Shown: one piece after another, positions 24,729-36,510 of the stretch | Layout of the letters: each line of letters begins with the position of its first letter | Numbering within the stretch: position 1 is the stretch's first letter | DNA from: Camelus ferus | Lineage: Eukaryota | Direction: 5' to 3' | Assembly (NCBI RefSeq): GCF_009834535.1 | Contig: NC_045698.1 | Location: forward strand, 5,954,001 to 6,018,000 | Length of the DNA: 64,000 nt | Program-made: the position numbers and the translations under genes | Notes under the pieces: generated by a model | Databases searched by the model: none | The model's input: only the letters and a program-made list of their open reading frames with translations | Told to the model about the DNA's origin: nothing

Positions 24729-27700
24729 CTCATAAATGTACTAAATCCATGGAATATATTTATTTGTTCGTCTTGTATTTTCTTTTCTTCTTGGAGGTAG
24801 TTTAAGCTGCTCAGCTTCCTCTGCATCACGAATGTATCCCGGCTGAATCTCTCTTTCAGATTAATTACTCTGGATGAATTGCACGGGCTTGTAGGGTAAA
24901 CAGGTCTAATGATTTGCAAACGTCCTCCAGCCTACTGGGTGCTGTGCTGTTTCTCATGGAAACTGTCACTATTGAATTTATTTGTTCGTATTTGTGAGCT
25001 TTCCTCCCTCCCAGTGAATTGAGGCTCTCGAAGCCCATCAGCACGAGGTGCTGTCGCCGGAATCTCAGTTTAAACAGGAGCCGGCAAAGCAGCGGGAGCG
25101 CTGGTCCTTCGGAAGCCGACCCCAGGGCTGGTTCTCGGGCACTGCAGATGAGTGTGCCTCCGGGTCCGGGGGCCCAGAATCCAAGGGCTTCCTTCAGCAC
25201 TGCTTGGATCCTAGCTGTCCCCTGGCCTGCAGCAGATGTCAACCATGTGATACTAATGATGTGTCACACCAGGCCCCCACAAGCCTGAGGACATAGCACC
25301 ACTGTCCCTTCGATCTGTGACAGGGTGCTGCGGGCCTGGCCAGCAGCAGGGCTGTTCTAGGGGAGCCGGGGAGAAAGTATATGGAGAAGGTTCCACAACC
25401 AACCTTCCAGGCTGTGAGTTAACAGGAATTCGGATCAATTACTATTGTTACTGTTTTAGGAGAAGGGGAGAGATGCTCTGCCATGTGGTATAGGATGGGG
25501 GCAATCTCTGACTCTAAACTATATTGTTAAGAAGAGGAAGGAAGTGGTACTGAGTGGCTTGGGGGAGATCTGAGTCTCTCCACAATCTCATCTTCAATCC
25601 CAACCCACGACATGCCAAATAAAACTACAATATGAGAAATGTAAAAAGTAGAGGATGTTTCCAGATGAGCCCCTGGCCCCTGCTTGCATCCAGGTTGCCT
25701 CTCTAAGCTCTTCCTATACAGAAATTCTTGAACGTCCTTCACAGAGATTCTAGATCCTCACCTGGGGAAGAGGGCTGGAGTCAGGCATGGGAGCAGACAG
25801 TGCCTTCCCGGGAGAAGAGTGGGTCCCTGGTGCTCTGTGATGTGGAAGGTCCTAGGGCCAGGTCCCAAGGAGGAAATGAGCTCACAGCATGGTGACCTGG
25901 TGCCTCTTCGGCAGGCCAACAGAGAGGGAGGTCTCTACATAACTGTACAGTGTTTCCCCAGGGTGAGGCTGATCTTTCTCCCAGACATGATCTGGCAGCC
26001 TGCTCACAGCTTTCTCTAAAGACTTAACTGCCACTCTGTTCTCTGCTTTGGATGATTAACTTCATATTTAGCTAAGAAGTGGCAATGCCTTTCTTTGACT
26101 ACACACCATACAGCATTTATTTGTAGCAAATCTCTCAAATCATTCCTTATCTCTCTTTGCTTTGATTTATGACATACGAGGTATAACAATATCTTTCACT
26201 CAGTTCTCTAAATTGATATGGAGTTTCTCTGTTAAGGAGTAAGTTAAAGGCTCGGTTTTCAAGGAGAAAGTTTATTAGATGTGATCTACGCAGAGGTGAA
26301 TTGCTGGGGGACCGGTGTTCTTCCTGTGAAGGACGCATGTGCTGTGAGCCTGTAACCACCTCTTCAGCATCCTGCCAGGGTCGGGATGTAGAGGAGTGAC
26401 TCCTCTGATTGGTCAGTTCATTTCGGGAGAGGACCCACACATGCTCAGTTGGGCTCTGTCTCTGCCTTGGGAAAAAGCCAGCTGAGGCCACTGCTGTCCA
26501 GTGTTGAGACTGGATGGGAACATCTGTCTAATTCTGCAATTCAATGATCTCTCACATAAATCAAATCCTCCAATTTAGCCTTTATCAATAAACAGGTTAT
26601 AATTTAACCACTATCTTGATTTAAAAAAAAAATTTATCAACTCGTGGGGAAGGAGGCAGTAGAGGATTTTTATTTATTGCAGGCTGTGGGATAATCCAAT
26701 GTGTGCTTTTTGGTTAATATAGTCAGTTGAATCCTACAACCCATTTACCACTGAACAGTACAGTTGTCTCTACTGGGTAAAGATTAATTTGAGCTACAAT
26801 TGCTCAGTTTTTCTCAGAACTATTTACATGAGACACATAATTTACACACATCCCGAGAATCTCCTAAGGATGCTTCTAAGGCTGGTTAATGTTTGAAGAT
26901 GAAGCACGAGATAGTGATTATTTGCAGACAATTCAATTATGAAGAATGTACGCATCTGGGCAGTGTTGCCTCTGGGTCCTTCCTGCTTCCAGGGTTTCTG
27001 GCCGAAATCTAAGATGAAGGACCTGCCATTGGTGAACTGGTAATTGCTGGGTTCAAGTGCGTGTGGTGACCCACACATCATCCCTACAGAAAATTGATCT
27101 GCTACTTTGAGATCCTCATTACTGCATTTAGTTAATCCCAGTATTTCAGAATTAATCTGTGCTTCATCTAAATGCAAAATATATGATAATTCTGCAGATG
27201 AGCAGGAAGCTAAGAGGAAAAAAACAACAACGACCCTGAGGAAGGATGGGCCACGAGTCAAGGTTTTGATGCATTGTGGGGCAGTCTAGGCAGTCATGTC
27301 GTGACCAATGGATCCCTTGCTGCGCTGGGACACTGCTTTTACTCTGAAGATGTAGTTGCTATGTTGTCAGCAAAATCATTCTAAATTTAGCGCAGAAGGG
27401 ACATTCACAAGGTGCTCTTGGATTTTGGGGACTCGTGTGTGTGAAAACACTCACCTCTGAGACTGAAACAAGTAGAATTCTATGCTTGTGCAGGAGATGA
27501 GCTGAAGGCAGGATAAACTTCGCCTCTCTGAACCCAGCCGTGCTCCCGGGAGAGGAGGGAAGCTGGAGGTTATTTTACACCTTGTCTTCCCTCGGGAGCT
27601 CTCTGTAATTGGGCAGATGAGTGTGAGAACTGACAATTAATGATTCTTAAATGTAAGAAGATTATTTATCCAAATACAAGTGCGAGTTTTTAACTTAGCT

Positions 27701-27989
27701 TATAAGTTTATATAATAACTGCATTAAACTACAAACTCCTGAATATCTTTATTTCTTTTCATCTCTGGAATGAATGGGGAAGGGTGCGCATGACAATGGC
27801 CATGTGGCTTAAAAGGGGAAGGTTGATAGTGATTATTCAAATACAACCTGCTTTACCGCTGCACCTCACTGAATGAAGTATTCATGGGAAGACAAATTGT
27901 GTGAACATTCATGCACATTCTAATGCCGGATAATTCAGAAATGGCCTTTACCCTTTTTTATTCTCTGTCTCACAAGCCCTTTTGAGTTT

Positions 27990-28620
27990 ACTTTCTGCAT
28001 ATTTCCTGTCTGTGTTAACTTCTCTCCAGCACCACCATCATCAGCTTGGTCCAAATCATCATCAGCTCTCACCTGAATGAACGCAATTTTCCCCCAACTA
28101 TTCTTCCCGTCCCCATGTTGACACCCCTCCAAGTAATATTCCATACAGCAACCCTAATAACATTAAAAAGAAAATCCACAATAAGAATAAATCAATCCAA
28201 TCTGTTGCTCTCTTATTTCTATGAAGTGGCTTCTTCAGAAAATAAAATTCAAAGTCATTTACATCATCTAATTGGCCCTGTTAACGACATTGATCTACTG
28301 TTTCAGCTTCATCTCCCACCACTCAGTTACTTTCTCACTATACCCCATGTGTATCTATATCTTCTATTTTCTGAAAATCCAACATGACCTCCCATCCCCC
28401 AGTATCTTCATACCTGCCCTCTACCTGGGCTGTTCCTCTGCTGTGCTTCACTGAACTGACCCCTACTCAGCCTTCCTTCTTCAACTTCATGTATCTTCCC
28501 ACCCTTGAATTCTCCCAGGCCATTATTAAGTCTGATGAAATGAGTTATTTTCATTTTGCAAAGTACATTATGATTTTAAATACGTTGTGTGACTCCATGT
28601 TTCACATCTGTTTTGCTTTT
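27990..28620 (+). mobile_element. L2 LINE fragment
   Basis: 'cttggtccaaatcatcatcagctctcacctgaat...atattccatacagcaacc' matches the L2 3' region; pyrimidine-rich. Confidence 0.7.
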
Positions 28621-29952
28621 ATGCCATAAGTTTTATGTAACGTGAAAAGGAGTGGGAAGAGAAACCACAGCAGCCTTGTTGATGGAATACTTGAAAAGGC
28701 ATGGAATAGACTGCATTCCCAAGATGCTGTCCAAGTGATGATGAAGCATTGGCCAGTCAACGCCGTGAGGAGCCTCTTTCTTTCCCAGTGATTTTCCAAC
28801 TTCCCATGAGGCATTCTGTCACCCTTCCAGAGCCTAGCATAAGCCGACAGAGTCAGGAATCTACTTAAACTGGAAAAGAGTGACTCTGTTGACTAACGCC
28901 TAACTCCATTCCAGAAAACAAGAATTGTCTTTTCAGTTTTGCTAGTAACATTCTCTGTGGTCCCAAGCAAAGTACTAAGTATTTCTAAGCACAGCTTCAT
29001 CCTTTCAGCAAAATGCTGACTTGGCTCCTTAGGGAAATAAAATATTGTAGTACATTTCAGATGTTTAAGAAATGGTATTGAAATGTTAAGCAATTACTTT
29101 CTTATGATGTAATATTGATCACAATCCAGCTATCTTACTGACCCAACAACATATTAATTATTGATGGAAATTGTCTGCCTGATTCTAATTTAATTAAACA
29201 TTGCTGTCATCACCCTTATGATAAGTTGCATTTATCACCAGGACGGTTCACTGCTAGGCAGTTTGAACACCCTGCCCAGTGTTGCTCTGTGAGTGGGTTG
29301 CTCTGTAGCTAAAACCATGCCTGAGAATGCTGGACTTGATCCTAGCAGGATATAAACAACACACTCTAATGTCTCAGTAGATTTCCCCTAAGATGTGACG
29401 TGTACAGTAAAGCATTTAAACTGTTAAAGGGACTTCTTCCAAATACATCAAGGGGTGGGAGGAAATTTGGCTAAAGAAAGAGCTTCTGCTTTCCCAAATT
29501 TCTAAAGGTATACAGTTCTTCTTGGTTTAAGAGAGTGCCATTACTTTGCAAAGCAAACTGTAAGCTAAGTGGATTCATATTACATAAACTGAACCACCTG
29601 ATTTTGTTTGTATTGTCTTATGTATCCAAGTTTGTTAACAGAAAATACAGTGCCAGAAAGTCTTCGCTATCATATAAGAAAGCAAGAAAATCTACCACAA
29701 GCAAGATGGCAGATGTTAGACTCACTGTAGTGATAACTGAGACCGCTTTCCTCCATTTTCCTCGATTTGTGTTAAACACTCACTGATAGTCTTCATGAAG
29801 GCCATCACTCCCATCTAACAGTCCTTCAAAGCTTTTTAAGTTTTATTAACACTCTTTCCAACTTAGCTCCGATTTCTGCATGCTGCTGGACTCCACCACC
29901 AATCCCACATTTTAAGATTTCTTTTATTACAGCACTTCATTTGTCCCCAGAT

Positions 29953-30480
29953 CTATATTAGTTCCCTATTTTTGTGTAACAAGCCACCCAAAATTTGTAT
30001 TAAAGCAACGATCATTTGTTATCACCCATGGTTTCTGTTGGTCAAAATTTCAGGAGAAGCTTGGTAGGGAAATTCTGACTTGAAGTCTTTGTTAAGCTCC
30101 ATCAGATGCTGGCTGGGGTTAAAGTTACCTGAAGGCTTGACTGGGGCTGGGTATCTTCTTTCAAGATGTTTCCTTGGCATTTCTATGAAATAGCTTTTGG
30201 CTCTTGGTTGGAGCCCTCCATTCTTCTCCACATGGGCCACTCCACAGGGCTGTTGGAGTGTCCCTACAGAACAGTGTCTGGTTTACTCCAGAGAAAGTGA
30301 TTTGAGAGAGCAGGGGGGAAGATGTCTTGCTTTTAATCACCTAGACATAACTTCCACAAACTTAATTGATCACACAGGGTCAGCTCTGACTCAGTGGGAG
30401 GATGGCTTGCACAGTGGCATGTGGACCACATTAAAGAAGTGAGGACCACTGGACATCTTGCAGGCTATCTACTACTGCTG
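29953..30480 (-). mobile_element. MaLR LTR (MLT1F-H-like), possibly with adjacent internal sequence at ~29750-29950
   Basis: 'tattagttccctatttttgtgtaacaagccacccaaaattt...ctgaaggcttgactggggctgg...ttcttctccacatgggccactccacagggctg'. Confidence 0.8.
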
Positions 30481-30724
30481 TCAGTCATGATTCTAGACGT
30501 TTAGCAGAGTTCAACGTGACCCATGAAGAAGCAAGTCATGAGAACAAAACCATTTGTGTGCTGGGCACTGTTGCTCAGAAGAATATGGTCAGACTCTAGA
30601 TTTTGTGGGTGATTCAAATGAGGAAGCAAAGGATGGTCCAAAATCAGGTTATCAGGTTAGGATGCACATGTCTATGTGTCTATGCTTTTAGTGTTTTTTA
30701 ATGTGAAATATGAAATTAAAAAAT

Positions 30725-31220
30725 AATATTTTATATTGAAATAATGTCAGGTTTATAGAAAAGTTGTAAAGATAGTACAGAGTTCCCATATATCTTCCAC
30801 TCAATTTTCTATAATGTTAACATCTTTAAAAAAATTTTTTTTAATTCTTTATTTTTTAATTGAAGTATAGTCAGTTTACAATGTCTTAGTTTCTGGAGTA
30901 CAGCATAATGCTTTAGTCACACACACACACACACACACACATATTCCTTTCATAGTCTTTTTCATCATAGGTTAGTACAAGATACTGAATAGCGTCCCCT
31001 GTGCTGTATAGTAGAAACTTGTTGTTTATCTATTTTATATCTAGTATTTAGTATCTACAGGTCTTATATAACCATGGTGCATTTGCCAAAACTAAAACAT
31101 TAACTTGGGTGCATTGCTATGGATTAAACTCCAGACTTAGGCTGGATTTCACCAGTTTTTCCGCTGATGCCCTTTTTCTGTTCCACGATTCAACCTAGGA
31201 AACCATATTACTTTCAGCGA
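30725..31220 (-). mobile_element. L1MC4-like 3' end split by a younger L1
   Basis: 'agaaaagttgtaaagatagtacagagttccc...taatgttaacatctt' resumes after the insertion as 'tcttatataaccatggtgcatttgccaaaact...gatttcaccagtttttcc'. Confidence 0.75.
30830..31060 (-). mobile_element. Younger artiodactyl/camelid L1 3' end containing (CA)n
   Basis: T-rich tail then 'attgaagtatagtcagtttacaatg...gatactgaatagcgtcccctgtgctgtatagtagaaacttgttg'. Confidence 0.85.
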
Positions 31221-31859
31221 GTGTTAAGTGGAATGTCTCCCTATTGAACCACAACATTTCATGTTTCCAGCTCTCCTTCTCCCTCTCTCCCGCTGCAATC
31301 ATTTCAAAACTTAGTGCTCTGTCCAGTCTCTGCCTCTTTCCTTTCTCCAGTCAGGCTCCACTTGGCTTTACTTAATTCTCTGTGTATCTGGACCACATGT
31401 TCCACTACACTGATGTCGTTCAGGTGTCACAGTATCACCCCTCTGCCCTCCATGGGTTTTCAGTACGCATCAACAGAAAACACCGTTTCTGGATAAGTCA
31501 GTCTCCAAATCTGCCCCCAACCCATTCTCAGTATCTGAGCACTCTTGGAGAATACATTCTTGCAGACTAGGACCACTGAAAGTTCACAGTGTCTGAGCAC
31601 CGAGTTTCCACAGTGCTCCCTGGCAGCGCTCCTGAATTGCCCTCATCACCTTCCTCTACATTCCCTATTTAAAACCATCCTAAGAGTCAGTCACTGCTTT
31701 ACACTTTGTGTGCTGTTACACATACCGCCAACTCCATTCAGAAAACTTTCTCTCCGACTGCAATAAGGAAATGCAGAGATTATCAAGAATGTACCAAATT
31801 TCTTCCATAGCTGGGCCTACACCAATTAATTCCACATTTTCTGGCACCTGCTCTCATCA

Positions 31860-32600
31860 TTCCTTACCCCCTGCTCAGTGGAGGAGGCTCTGCCTTTGAC
31901 CATGGACTGTCATCCACATTATGCTTATGATGTACACTCTTGTTCCTTTGAAACCTCACCCCATTAATCAACCTGACTCTGCATCAGTCTTTAACCTCTT
32001 CCTACTGCTTTTCTGCTTCCTCCTGCCCATGGTTCACGTACACATCCTGCCTTAGAAAAACTTTTTCTGAGAACTTACTTCGTCCTTTGCCTACCGACCC
32101 AGAGCCTTTTCTTCAGTTTTCAGGTGCTGTGCTGGGACCTACGCACATCATCTTGGCTTCACTTTTAATCACGCGCTCCTCAGTCGTGAAGGAAGAGCAC
32201 ACGTCCCGTTACTCCATGAAGCTCACCTGGACGAGGACACTAGAACCAGTAGACGGTCAAATGTCACCGCGTTGCATCACTCATTTTTCCTGAGCCCACC
32301 GCAGGATTGCACCTAATGACCTAATCTTCCTTCCAAGACAATTTTGTCCCTTAGCATCCAGATGACAAAGACTCTATTCCTTCCTAATCTTATGTTGTTT
32401 TTTTCTTTTTCTCCCATGAATTCACTTTCTCAATCTCTTCTACTGTCTCATCTTGTTCCCTCTTTAATACTGGGGTTTCATCCTGGCTCCCTTTTCGCTA
32501 TCCTCTCTTTATGGTTAGAGGAACAATAACACCAGCGCCTCCTATAAACCACCACCCTGCTGGCTCTAGGCTGGAATATGCTACGCTTAGGTTTCTTCAT
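31860..32600 (+). mobile_element. Highly diverged L2 fragment
   Basis: Pyrimidine-rich with L2-like phrases 'tgacctaatcttccttccaagacaattttgtcccttagcatccagatgac' and 'cctggctcccttttcgctatcctctc'. Confidence 0.5.
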
Positions 32601-32865
32601 CCTTAATTTATTTTTAGAGCATGGATATTCAAATAATTTTAAAACCTTATTTTTCTGAAAACATGTGTGAAGACTAGTGAACAAATATTAAAATATTTGA
32701 ATTTTAAATAATTAAAATTTATTAAAAGAAAATTTAAATGTATTAAATATTACATTTTCTTTAAACTGGTTAATTACAGTATGATATTATTTGAATGCTA
32801 TTTCTGAAAGATGCATATGGGGTAAAATTTTATTTTATTTTCTTTTGTTTTTTAAAGACCAGCTT

Positions 32866-32868
32866 ATC

Positions 32869-32911
<43 letters not shown>

Positions 32912-32942
32912 TTATTTGGTGGGGGTAATTGGGTTGGTTGGT

Positions 32943-32993
<51 letters not shown>

Positions 32994-33121
32994 TTTTTTG
33001 TGGGGGAGGTAATCGGGTTTATTTATTTTTAAATTTTTTTTAATGGCGGTGCTGGGGATTGAACCCAGGACATCATTCTTGCTAGGCACGTGCTCTACCA
33101 CTGAGCTACCCCTTCCCCCCC
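32866..33121 (-). mobile_element. tRNA-derived SINE (camelid Vic-1-like) with (TAAA)n tail
   Basis: Minus strand reads GGGGGGGAAGGGGTAGCTCAGTGGTAGAGCACGTGCCTAGCAAGAATGATGTCCTGGGTTCAATCCCCAGCACC with A box (TAGCTCAGTGG) and B box (GGTTCAATCCC), followed by an A-rich tail with two long TAAA arrays. Confidence 0.9.
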
Positions 33122-33336
33122 AAGTTTTAAATACTTGTCATTTGTTTTTTTTTTTTTCATTTTCATTCTTTCCTCATCAAAGTCTCAGATATTTATTCCT
33201 AATTATGTCCTTCCCAGTGACATCGCAAACCTTGGAAATATCATTAAAGTCATACTCAAGGTTTATATTTTCCATGTAATACTTATGCCAGAAATTTTAG
33301 TATTGGCATAAGTTAACACTCAAAAAAGTTAGCCAT

Positions 33337-33690
33337 TGTATTAGTCAACTTTTTTCTGTGTAAGAAACAATCACAAACTTTCAGTAGTTTACGAGGGTCC
33401 TGGGTCTGCAGGGAAGCTGTGGTTAAGCTGATCTGGGCTGAGCTCAGCTTGGTCATACGTTCCAGACCCCCAGAAAGTTTCAGGTATGCCCTCCACCTCT
33501 TCATGTGGGAACGCAGGCTGAATAGAGCAGGGGCCACCAGAGGCACGAGAGCCAAGCCAAATTTCACAAGTACATTTCGGCTTCTGTTGGATCAAGTCCA
33601 GTAACATTCCCTTGGCTGATGCAAGTCACATGAGCCCAGCACCAGTTGGGTGGAGAGATAGACTCCACCCCAGGGAAAGGCTTTACACTG
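33337..33690 (-). mobile_element. Old MaLR LTR (MLT1 family)
   Basis: 'tgtattagtcaacttttttctgtgtaagaaacaatcacaaactttcagtagtttac...aacattcccttggctgatgcaagtcacatgagcccag...gagatagactccacc'. Confidence 0.75.
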
Positions 33691-36419
33691 TTCCTTCCAC
33701 GTATGATACTCTATAGTGAGACAGTGAAGAGTAAAAGCAAGTAATCAGTCCTGTCTGCCGACACCACAGCAGGACCAGGTCCTGGATCCTGGGTGACCAT
33801 CCTATCAACAGGGCACGATCAGGAATCTGGGCTTCGCTAACTATAAACACTAAACTTACAGTCAAAAAAATCATCTCTGGCATCTTCCCTTTTTATCAGC
33901 CAAACAGAGATCCTCCAAAATATGTATTATGCTCCAATTTTTTTCAAGACACCAAAAATTCCACAAAATACATAACCTTTGCAATGTGTTGGCCTTTATC
34001 ATTTCAGTTTAATTTTCTATAATTTGTTTCTGATGGGTCCTGTATGGGACTTCACTCAGTTGAAGCAATCAGCAACACATGAGTAATGAAAAATCACTAA
34101 CACTTTTGAAAGACTGCCAAGACACAGACCGATCATCCAACCGTGTTCCCAGAACCTTGAACAAAGATAAACTCCAGAGCAGTTATGTCGGGGGAAATGA
34201 GGAAGAAATGGTCACTTCCCCGAGCTCTCAAACGTATGAGATGACAGTAAATATGGATTACTCCCTATGAAGTAGTTTGTGACATTCTTCAGGTTGAAAA
34301 TGAGTCAACTTTTCTCTGTATCAGTTCCCTGGATCATATTTTACCCAATAAGATTTAATTTCTAAGCCCCTTTGGTTGGGAGTTTCCATTTGCAACCTAT
34401 TTCCCCACATCAATTCTATAAAATCCTACTTCACCAGAGCATTAATAAGCATTACCACCCCCAGTATGTCAAGCACATTGAGAAATCATTAAAAACAAGT
34501 TATTTATTGTGAGGTTAGTCAGAAGATTGAATCAACTAACAGACTTTTAACTTCTGGGAGGAAGCACCGATACTCATGGTTTCCCTTATTCACTGGACCC
34601 CAGACTCCATTCCTTGTGGGGCATCTTGGCCAACAGTTTTCTGTAGAATGAGGAAGAGAAGAACTTATCCAGGGAATGACCCCTGAGAACACAGTGCCCC
34701 CATATGCAGTGGGGGCTGTGGTGATGACTGAGCGCCAGTGGGGCTTCGTGCTGGGACAGCAGGGGATGCCCCTGACTCAGTGACTGACAGACACCACCCT
34801 GTTCAGATGAACACCTCAGACACAGAGTGTCATTAACCGAGCCCTGGAACAGCAGGTCTAACCATTGCACGTGGCCGGTAGAGGGTCCTGGGGTTCAGGT
34901 GGGATCATTGCCTGTAATCACACTGCTTGTGCCTTTGCCTGCGTTGCATTTGCTTCTGTTTCCAACAGACTTTGGAAGCCAAATCAATTATTCTTCTCTC
35001 TTCTAGATTCAGCCACTTCCTATTATAAATGTAGCTAATTTGCAGGCAGAATAAAAGCCCGTGTACCTCTCCATCTAAAGTCTCCTTTTTGCTGTGTGCT
35101 TGAGCCCAAGTTGTGGAAGACTATATGGCGACACCGTCTAACAAGGCAGACAGCAAGGTACAATAAAGATGCTTCTCCTTATGTCTATAAACGAGCTGTC
35201 ACCAGCCGTGGAAGCAGCGGGCAATGGGTAACTGAAAGAGATGAAGGCAGGTTAGAGAGAACATCTTGCACGGGGAGCAGGGGTGCAGAGGCAGCTGAAG
35301 AGCCCGGAGGGTAGTGACCATGCCTATCCCGGGCACATGGGGCTGAATCTGGTGCAGACGCAACAGACTGCTTTTGAATAAATGGTAAATACAGAGCACT
35401 GAGAATTTTCCAGCAGAAGCCTCAGGCTTAGAGTCTACTGAATTTTGTGTGAGATGGAAAAAATTCTATTTTTGAGTAAAATTTCCTGAAGAAGTGTTAG
35501 GTGGTTTGCCAAAAAATGCAATTTATCTTGATAAACTGTAATGTTATAAAAAGGCAAAAAATACATCTGGCATGATCATTTCCCAGATAATGCAGAAGGA
35601 GGGCTCCTGAAAATGGGAAATGATGAAGCTTGGATATTAATGCTAAAACCTGGGCAATCTCCTGACTTTAGTTATTATAAAGTGTCAGGCAATTAAACTA
35701 AGAGAGAAACCTTTTCTCAATTAGAACTATGACATGGCTCTGGGACATTAAAAAGTGACATTCACAATAATATGCCCACAAGAAATCACACCTTTCTGAA
35801 AGACAACCTGAGATTAAAAATATACATTTAACATATTAAAATTCAAACCCCATATCAGAATCTAAATTAAAAAGTATTTGTACCTGAGTTCAGCTATCTG
35901 GAGAGTCCCCCTGACCCCAGCTTCCCCCAGCCACCCTCTCTGCAGGGAACAAGTTTCAGCAGGCTCTGGTCTCCTAATCCCTCAGATGGCTATCATTACA
36001 ACTTCAATCACCATAAGATAATTTATGTTTTGTGCTGATATATTTATATAAGATTCTCTACCTCTAACGTAAACAATTTCTCACGTGGCTGGGGAAATAG
36101 AGAAAGAGGGGTGGAAGGGAGAGACAAGGTGTGTGTATACAATACGTGGGAAATTGAGAGCATTTCAAACACCCCCCCCCCATGTGCTTGAATACACACA
36201 CCAAACCAAGTGCAAATTACACTTTAGGTTGACTCTAATTTTTCTCAAATTGGGAATATAATGCAGAACTAAACAAATATCATTATTCTTCTGAGCTGTT
36301 GACCGCTAGTTTACACAAAACTGGATGCCTTCCTGCTTGGTGAAAATAAAAATATTACAAATCTAAATCTAGATTTAAACTTAAAAATTTAAATTTAAAT
36401 ACCCAACATGCTCAGGTGT

Positions 36420-36510
36420 TTTTCCCCCCTCCCCTCTCCCCCCTCCCCCCAACTCCTCCCTTCTCCTCCTCCTTTTCCTCCTCTCTCTCTTCCTTCTCTT
36501 CTTCTTTTCT
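36420..36510. repeat. C/T-rich low-complexity tract; G-quadruplex-capable on the minus strand
   Basis: cccccctcccctctccccctcccccc gives four runs of at least 4 G on the minus strand. Confidence 0.8.

Noticed and set aside
33043..33121. tRNA-like sequence with A and B boxes
   Set aside because: It is the head of a SINE followed by an A-rich tail, not a tRNA gene
33313..33607. ORFs with a hydrophobic, signal-like N-terminus
   Set aside because: They lie inside an MLT1 LTR and are chance frames
36355..36400. Two 14-bp AT-rich palindromes
   Set aside because: Expected in low-complexity AT-rich DNA
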